Shown: positions 58,717-64,000 of the stretch, in pieces | Layout: each line of letters begins with the position of its first letter | How positions within the stretch are numbered: position 1 is the first letter of the stretch | Assembly: GCA_963843525.1 (NCBI GenBank) | Contig: CAWJKM010000007.1 | Coordinates: forward strand, 405,188 to 469,187 | From: Ignavibacteriota bacterium | GTDB lineage: Bacteria > Bacteroidota > Ignavibacteria > UBA10030 > UBA6906 | Length of the DNA: 64,000 nucleotides | Reading direction: 5' to 3' | Program-made: the position numbers and the translations under genes | Notes under the pieces: generated by a model | Databases searched by the model: none | Told to the model about the DNA's origin: nothing | The model's input: only the letters and a program-made list of their open reading frames with translations

Positions 58717-59844
58717 ATGGTGCGCTCTTTGATGATGTTCCCGTTATTGGCACTCCTGAGCTTCGGCGGATTTGTCTGTGGGAAATCGGAGGAACGTTCC
58801 GTATCCACGAATGCGAGGGAATTACGATTCAAGGTGGCGCGATGCATCGATCGTGAAGGCATCGGGATAGAGGCGTTCAGCCTCCTCATTCCTGCAGATT
58901 GGGCCTTTGAGGCCGCAATACATTGGAATGTTCAAAATCCAGGCATGCCGGCGGTCGCGACCATGCGGACGATGAGCCCGGACAGCACGAAAGAAGTTGA
59001 CGTCTTTCCCAATCAATCGTTCTTTTGGACCGACAATCCCATGACCAGATCAATGTTCCCGGTCGGATCGCGGTACTTTGGGGCGGAGGTGCGCCCGGTT
59101 TTGCAGGTACGCGACATGCTGCGCCGGATTGTCCTACCGCGATTCCGCCGACACGCGAAAGAGTTGAAAGTCGTAAAGGAGGAAAACGTGCCTGCCCTCG
59201 CGCGAATCGCTGAAACCGGAAATTCTGCAGCGGCAAGCGGACTTTTCCACGCGGAAGGGGGCAAGATCAGAATTGAATACAGGACGGGAAACGCGTGGAG
59301 CGAGGAAGATCTCTACGGTGTGGTGGAAAGCTATGGGATACCTCTTCAGACGCTTTCCGGAAGTTCGACGAACACCATGTGGACTGCCGACTACCTCTTT
59401 TCCCTGAGAGCCGGCAAAGGCACACTCGACTCCAGCGGCCAGCTCTTTCGTGTCATTATCGGCTCTTTTCGTGTCAATCCGCAATGGTTCAACAGATACG
59501 GACAGGTCGTTGCCGCGTTGATCCGCGCAAACATCCAGCAGATCCATCGCGTGGGGGAGCTGAGTAGAATCATCAGCCGTACCTCGAACCAGATTTCCGA
59601 TGATATGCTCCGTTCATACAACGACCGCCAGAATGTGTACGACCGTCTTGCTGATGACTTCTGCAGGCATATTCGGGACGTGGATGCCTATTACGATCCG
59701 TATGCAGAAAAGGAAGTGGAACTTCCTGCGGGGTACAACCAGGCATGGACCAACAATCTCGGGGAGTACGTGATCAGCGAGGCCGAAGACTTCAACCCCA
59801 ATATCGGTTCGAACCTTCACTGGCAACGCATGGAAAAGAAGTAG
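58717..59844 (+). CDS. Hypothetical secreted protein
   Basis: RBS AAGGAGAAAG before the ATG at 58717. Signal peptide MVRSLMMFPLLALLSFGGFVCG. No family recognised. Confidence 0.4.
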   Translation: MVRSLMMFPLLALLSFGGFVCGKSEERSVSTNARELRFKVARCIDREGIGIEAFSLLIPADWAFEAAIHWNVQNPGMPAVATMRTMSPDSTKEVDVFPNQSFFWTDNPMTRSMFPVGSRYFGAEVRPVLQVRDMLRRIVLPRFRRHAKELKVVKEENVPALARIAETGNSAAASGLFHAEGGKIRIEYRTGNAWSEEDLYGVVESYGIPLQTLSGSSTNTMWTADYLFSLRAGKGTLDSSGQLFRVIIGSFRVNPQWFNRYGQVVAALIRANIQQIHRVGELSRIISRTSNQISDDMLRSYNDRQNVYDRLADDFCRHIRDVDAYYDPYAEKEVELPAGYNQAWTNNLGEYVISEAEDFNPNIGSNLHWQRMEKK

Positions 59845-60570
59845 TTATGGTGTCAGCTTGAACAGCCCTTCCGGCCGTGAACCTCGAAGTCCGGCCTCGT
59901 AGGAGCGGGGGTCAACTTTGGCCAGCCCCGCCACCATTCCCCTGGTCAGAAGGGGATACCGTCTCATCTTCTCAAGCTTCGCGGCAATGAGTTCCATTGT
60001 TTCCTCGCGCGTCATCCAGGCGCGGGAGGAGAAGGTCGTCAGCCGAAGCGGTCGCGTGTACCCCCGCAGCGTTTTCTCTCCCGCCACATTGAAGTACTGC
60101 TCGAAGTACGAAATTATGAGTTCCCGCAAAGTCCTGTGGATCGGCTCGCGGTAGCGGAGCCCCACGAAATTCGATTTCCCCAGTGCTCCCCAGGCTCCAT
60201 GCCGACGGAATAACGCCACCAGGTGCTCGTCGTCCCGGCTGTTCGGGAACATGTTGACGATGAGCGGCGGATGCCCGAGGAGACTCAGCATCCCCGCCCC
60301 AAAGACTGCTCCATCATAACAATGGGCTTGCCCGTCGCGGAGAACGCGGAGTGGCGAACGGTACGTGGACTCGGCACTGTACGTCATCCCATCCATGAAC
60401 GACTGGATAGCAAAGGGTGAACGAAGAGACTGCACGGTTCGTCGTTCGTTCGGCGTGAGGACACGGAGAAACTCGTCTCGATCGAGTATTGCCATTGGAC
60501 AGGGAAGCGGTTGTGGCAGTATGAGTGAGAGATAGTGTGGATGGTACGGAAATCGTCGCGACGTTGCCAC
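59845..60570 (-). CDS. Hypothetical protein, possibly transglutaminase-like cysteine-protease fold
   Basis: GQAHCYDGAVFGAGMLSLLGHPPLIV weakly resembles the transglutaminase-like Cys-containing core. Convergent with the upstream gene. Confidence 0.25.
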   Translation of the reverse strand: MATSRRFPYHPHYLSLILPQPLPCPMAILDRDEFLRVLTPNERRTVQSLRSPFAIQSFMDGMTYSAESTYRSPLRVLRDGQAHCYDGAVFGAGMLSLLGHPPLIVNMFPNSRDDEHLVALFRRHGAWGALGKSNFVGLRYREPIHRTLRELIISYFEQYFNVAGEKTLRGYTRPLRLTTFSSRAWMTREETMELIAAKLEKMRRYPLLTRGMVAGLAKVDPRSYEAGLRGSRPEGLFKLTP

Positions 60571-60723
60571 CCCTGAATGAAATGCAAAACCTGCGACGAT
60601 ACATTCTCAAGAATTGGAAAGCTCGAGGTCGGGCCAACATGATTATTAGATAATATATGATAACGTGCATTGGCATGAAACCTGATGATCTAGACTATAG
60701 GTTTTGGAGCCAGAGGAACACTT

Positions 60724-61230
60724 ATGCAGAATTTCGACCAGGACACATCGGTTTATTCGATTGGCAGCGTGGCGCGCAGGCTGGGAGTCTCCGTCCAGAC
60801 CCTGAGGCTGTACGAAGCCGAGGGGATGATTCTCCCGACGAAATCCGGTGGGGGGCAGCGGCGATACTCTGAGAGGGATGTGAAGCGCCTGGAATGCATT
60901 CGTCAGGCAATCGTGAAGGACGGGATCAGTGTTGCCGGGATACGGCGGATGCAATCCCTCGTGCCCTGCTGGTCGATCGTCCATTGTACGGAAGCAGAAC
61001 GGGTCGTCTGTCCTGCATTCCGCGACCATGACGGCGGTTGCTGGACCTATAAGCACGCAGACAACGTGTGTTCCGGTAAAGACTGCCGGCTCTGTGAAGT
61101 GTACCAGCTCTCCTCGACCTGTGAAGGAATAAAGCAAATCATTTCAAGGACCACCATCGTTCCGCGGACGGAAGTGCGACCGGCGCGTGCCGCGGACGGC
61201 GGGAAATTGGAGAGAGAGACCAGCGTATGA
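60724..61230 (+). CDS. MerR-family transcriptional regulator with a C-terminal 7-cysteine domain
   Basis: MerR HTH (YSIGSVARRLGVSVQTLRLYEAEGMILPTKSGGGQRRYSERDVKRLECIRQ). C-terminus: CWSIVHC...CPAF...GGCW...CSGKDCRLC...STC. The stop overlaps the start of the cytochrome gene (ATGA). Confidence 0.7.
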   Translation: MQNFDQDTSVYSIGSVARRLGVSVQTLRLYEAEGMILPTKSGGGQRRYSERDVKRLECIRQAIVKDGISVAGIRRMQSLVPCWSIVHCTEAERVVCPAFRDHDGGCWTYKHADNVCSGKDCRLCEVYQLSSTCEGIKQIISRTTIVPRTEVRPARAADGGKLERETSV

Positions 61231-62804
61231 AACGGATTCTTCTAGGCGTTGTTCTGGTTCTCGTGATCATGGGAGCAATTCTCACATCTCTGGACCGAAA
61301 AACGAGTGAGCCGTCCGACATCGAGCTGTTGCGGCAGCGTTATTCGCAGAAGCATTCGGAATCGGTGGACCATTCGAAATTCACCCAGCTGCAAAAGCAT
61401 TTCAACAAACCCCAGGAAGTGACCGCAGCGTGCATCGGCTGCCACAACGGCAGGGCAAGCGAGGTGATGCGCTCCTCCCACTGGAACTGGGAGTCGGAAC
61501 AATACATCGAGGGCAGGGGGATTCGAGCGATAGGGAAGAAGAATATACTCAACAACTTCTGCATCGGCACCGCGGGGTCGCATCAAAGCTGCAACAAATG
61601 TCATATCGGATATGGGTGGGGGGACAAAGGGGAGTTCGACTTCACTGACTCGTTGAACGTCGATTGCCTCGCGTGCCACGATAACAGCAATACCTATATC
61701 AAGGGGACAGGCATGGCCGGGTATCCCGACTCTTCCGTTGACCTGAACAAGGTGGCGCAGTCGGTGGGGAGACCGACACGCGTCACGTGCGGAACGTGCC
61801 ACTTTTTCGGTGGCGGGGGAAACAATGTAAAGCACGGGGACCTGGAGATGTCCATGTTCGATCCCTCGCGAAGCGTCGACGTGCATATGGGATCTGATGG
61901 CGCCGATATGCAATGCGTGGATTGTCATACTGCGACACAACATCAGATGAAGGGGAAATCGTTTGCCGTCTCCTCCATGAATCGTGGTCTCGTGGCGTGC
62001 CAGGATTGCCACACGGCGATGCCCCACGACAGCGAAGTCCTGAATGAACATACGTACAAGGTGGCGTGTGAAACATGCCATATACCGATCTACGCAAAGG
62101 TCAACAAGACGAAAGTCTATTGGGACTGGTCAACCGCCGGCAAACTTCGCAACGGGGAACCGTACGAAGTGCGGGACACGTCGGGCTATGATTCGTACCT
62201 GTCCATCAAAGGATCATTTGTGTGGGCGAAAAATCTTGTCCCCGAGTATGTCTGGTCGAACGGGACTGCCACGCATTATCTCCTCGGGGACACGATCACG
62301 ACTGTCCCGATCCGGCTGAACGATCTTCATGGGAGTTACAGCGATCCCGATGCGAAGATCATCCCGGTGAAAATCTCGCGGGCGAAACAACCGTACGATG
62401 AACGGTACCACTGGCTTATCCAGCCGAAGTTGTTTGGCGAGAAGAAGGGGGAAGGTGCCTTCTGGGAGGATTTTGACTGGAACCAGGCGGCAAAGGAAGG
62501 GATGGCTGTCGTCGGGAAGCCGTTCAGCGGCGACATGGGCTTTGTGGAAACGGAAATGGTTCTACCCGTCAATCACATGGTCTCGCCCAAAGGACAGACC
62601 GTTCAGTGCATTGAGTGTCACACGAGGAACCACTCCCGGCTTGCCGGGCTGAAGGACTTCTACCTGCCCGGTCGTGACCACAATGCAGCCATCGACGGCG
62701 CGGGACTACTCCTGATCGGTCTCTCCCTTGCAGGAGTTGTTACGCATGCCACTATCCGCATCATGTCCAATCGACGTCACAAGGAGGGGAGTCATCACGC
62801 ATGA
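61227..62804 (+). CDS. Octaheme c-type cytochrome, tetrathionate-reductase (OTR) family-like, membrane anchored
   Basis: Eight CxxCH motifs (CIGCH, CNKCH, CLACH, CGTCH, CVDCH, CQDCH, CETCH, CIECH) in 525 aa. N-terminal signal-anchor and C-terminal hydrophobic helix. The size and heme count match the OTR family. Confidence 0.7.
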   Translation: MKRILLGVVLVLVIMGAILTSLDRKTSEPSDIELLRQRYSQKHSESVDHSKFTQLQKHFNKPQEVTAACIGCHNGRASEVMRSSHWNWESEQYIEGRGIRAIGKKNILNNFCIGTAGSHQSCNKCHIGYGWGDKGEFDFTDSLNVDCLACHDNSNTYIKGTGMAGYPDSSVDLNKVAQSVGRPTRVTCGTCHFFGGGGNNVKHGDLEMSMFDPSRSVDVHMGSDGADMQCVDCHTATQHQMKGKSFAVSSMNRGLVACQDCHTAMPHDSEVLNEHTYKVACETCHIPIYAKVNKTKVYWDWSTAGKLRNGEPYEVRDTSGYDSYLSIKGSFVWAKNLVPEYVWSNGTATHYLLGDTITTVPIRLNDLHGSYSDPDAKIIPVKISRAKQPYDERYHWLIQPKLFGEKKGEGAFWEDFDWNQAAKEGMAVVGKPFSGDMGFVETEMVLPVNHMVSPKGQTVQCIECHTRNHSRLAGLKDFYLPGRDHNAAIDGAGLLLIGLSLAGVVTHATIRIMSNRRHKEGSHHA

Positions 62805-63454
62805 AACGGGAATATGTGTATAAGGCCTTTGAACGCTTCTGGCATTGGACGCAGGCCGTGCTCATCCTGTTTCTGGGGGTGACGGGTTTTGAGATTCACG
62901 GTTCGATCTCCTTCTTCGGATACGATCAAGCCGTCCGGTATCATAGTCTTGCAGCGTGGGCGTTCCTCGCGCTGATTGCCTTTGCGATCTTCTGGCATGT
63001 CACCACCGGTGAATGGCGGCAATATCTGCCCACGTGGCACAACCTGCGGGCCCAGGCGGAATTCTATCTCATCGGCATCTTCCATAATGCACCGCACCCG
63101 ACGCGAAAAACCGTCCTTAGCAAGCTGAACCCGCTCCAGCGTCTTGTGTACCTCGGACTTAAAATCCTCGTGATTCCGGTGATGGTGTTTTCCGGGTTGT
63201 TGTACATGTTCTACCGGTATCCGCAGCGCCACGAAATCGTTGCACTGAACATCAGCGGTCTTCAGCTCGTTGCGTTCATTCATACGGCGGCAGCCTTTCT
63301 CCTGGTCGCGTTCGTTATCGTGCACCTGTATCTGATCACTACGGGAGAAACGCCCACGTCAAACCTTCGTGCGATGATCACGGGATGGGAAGACCTCCCG
63401 CACGCAGAGAGTCATGCTCCCAAACGGGCAGTTCAGGAAGGAGTCCCGTCATGA
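62801..63454 (+). CDS. Di-heme cytochrome b, PhsC/FdnI/HyaC-like (PF01292) quinol-interacting membrane subunit
   Basis: ERFWHWTQAVLILFLGVTG is the RxxHW motif of the Ni/Fe-hydrogenase b-type cytochrome family. Four TM helices with conserved His. ATGA overlap with the upstream cytochrome c. Confidence 0.65.
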   Translation: MKREYVYKAFERFWHWTQAVLILFLGVTGFEIHGSISFFGYDQAVRYHSLAAWAFLALIAFAIFWHVTTGEWRQYLPTWHNLRAQAEFYLIGIFHNAPHPTRKTVLSKLNPLQRLVYLGLKILVIPVMVFSGLLYMFYRYPQRHEIVALNISGLQLVAFIHTAAAFLLVAFVIVHLYLITTGETPTSNLRAMITGWEDLPHAESHAPKRAVQEGVPS

Positions 63455-63963
63455 AAACACAGTACATGAATCCCTATCTGGCCGGCGTCCTTCTCGGGCT
63501 GGTGCTGCTCGCCTCAGTGTTCATCACCGGACGTGGATTAGGAGCCAGCGGAGCGCTCAAAAGCGTTGTGGTGGAGGGTGTGAGCGTTGTGGCTCCCACT
63601 CACCTCCAGTCGGGGGAATTCTACAAAGAGTTCAGCTCAGGTCATTCCGGCAGCCCGCTCAAGCAGTGGCTCGTGTTTGAAATGCTGGGGGTGGCCATTG
63701 GAGCATTCTTCTCCGGTGTCGTTTCAAAGCGACTGAAGTGGACCACGGAAAAGGGCCCTCACGTGGGGGGCGGCTTACGCATCGGACTTGCCGTACTCGG
63801 CGGAGCCCTCTTTGGAATTGGAGCCCAGTTCGCACGGGGGTGCACAAGCGGGGCGGCGTTGAGCGGGATGGCGGTACTCTCCACCGGCGGATTCATCACG
63901 ATGATGGCAATTTTCGGCACCGGGTATGCCGTTGCCTTCTTTTTCCGAAAACTCTGGCTCTAG
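63451..63963 (+). CDS. YeeE/YedE-family (DUF395) sulfur-compound transporter, half-size protein
   Basis: RBS AGGAAGGAG before the ATG at 63451, which overlaps the cyt b stop. GCTSGAALSGMAVLSTGG matches the conserved Cys-containing YeeE/YedE motif. A second ATG at 63976 probably starts the partner half (window-truncated). Confidence 0.6.
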   Translation: MKTQYMNPYLAGVLLGLVLLASVFITGRGLGASGALKSVVVEGVSVVAPTHLQSGEFYKEFSSGHSGSPLKQWLVFEMLGVAIGAFFSGVVSKRLKWTTEKGPHVGGGLRIGLAVLGGALFGIGAQFARGCTSGAALSGMAVLSTGGFITMMAIFGTGYAVAFFFRKLWL

Positions 63964-64000
63964 GAGGAGGCGACTATGGGACCATTTGTGCCTGACTTCA

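Noticed and set aside
61242-62081. 279-aa minus-strand ORF
   Set aside because: Antisense to the octaheme cytochrome gene. The plus-strand frame carries eight CxxCH motifs.
1-64000. Search by eye for CRISPR arrays, tRNA cloverleaves and rRNA-like segments
   Set aside because: No direct-repeat/spacer periodicity, no tRNA-like GTTC...anticodon structures in intergenic gaps, and no rRNA-like conserved stretches were seen.

Overview
This is a GC-rich (about 57-60%) chromosomal segment with an FCB-group flavour (Bacteroidota/Ignavibacteriota/Rhodothermota-like). The evidence is three CarbopepD_reg-type TonB-dependent receptors, a T9SS C-terminal sorting domain, and a Y_Y_Y/beta-propeller hybrid sensor kinase. 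In coordinate order the window contains:
- An IS200/RAYT-family HuH (Y1) transposase gene, 3'-truncated at the window start. It is followed by about 2 kb of non-coding DNA carrying four copies of a CCTAGG-centred palindromic motif (REP-like).
- A 1.4-kaa hybrid two-component sensor with two receiver domains.
- A periplasmic MEMO1-family protein, a eukaryote-like deoxyribose-phosphate aldolase (DERA), and a fused two-domain aldehyde dehydrogenase.
- A two-HKD phospholipase-D gene split by a +1 frameshift in a G4 run.
- An ECF sigma / zinc-finger anti-sigma (HEAT repeats) / DUF4097 / DUF5916 cluster linked by ATGA overlaps.
- A mannose-type sugar cluster: two divergent GH38-like paralogs, TonB receptors, Crp/Fnr, a long-form class I phosphomannose isomerase, a ROK kinase, and an MFS sugar porter.
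- A T9SS cargo protein with about 14 BNR/sortilin-like repeats, and a TonB receptor + DUF4249-like lipoprotein pair.
- A YceI / Tat-Rieske module.
- At the 3' end, a translationally coupled operon: MerR-family regulator with a 7-Cys C-terminal domain, octaheme c-type cytochrome (tetrathionate-reductase family, eight CxxCH), PhsC/FdnI-like cytochrome b, and half-size YeeE/YedE sulfur transporter(s). I judge this operon the most novel item.

I saw no rRNA, tRNA or CRISPR array. Coordinates are mostly from the ORF track, with starts refined where a signal peptide, RBS or overlap supports it.
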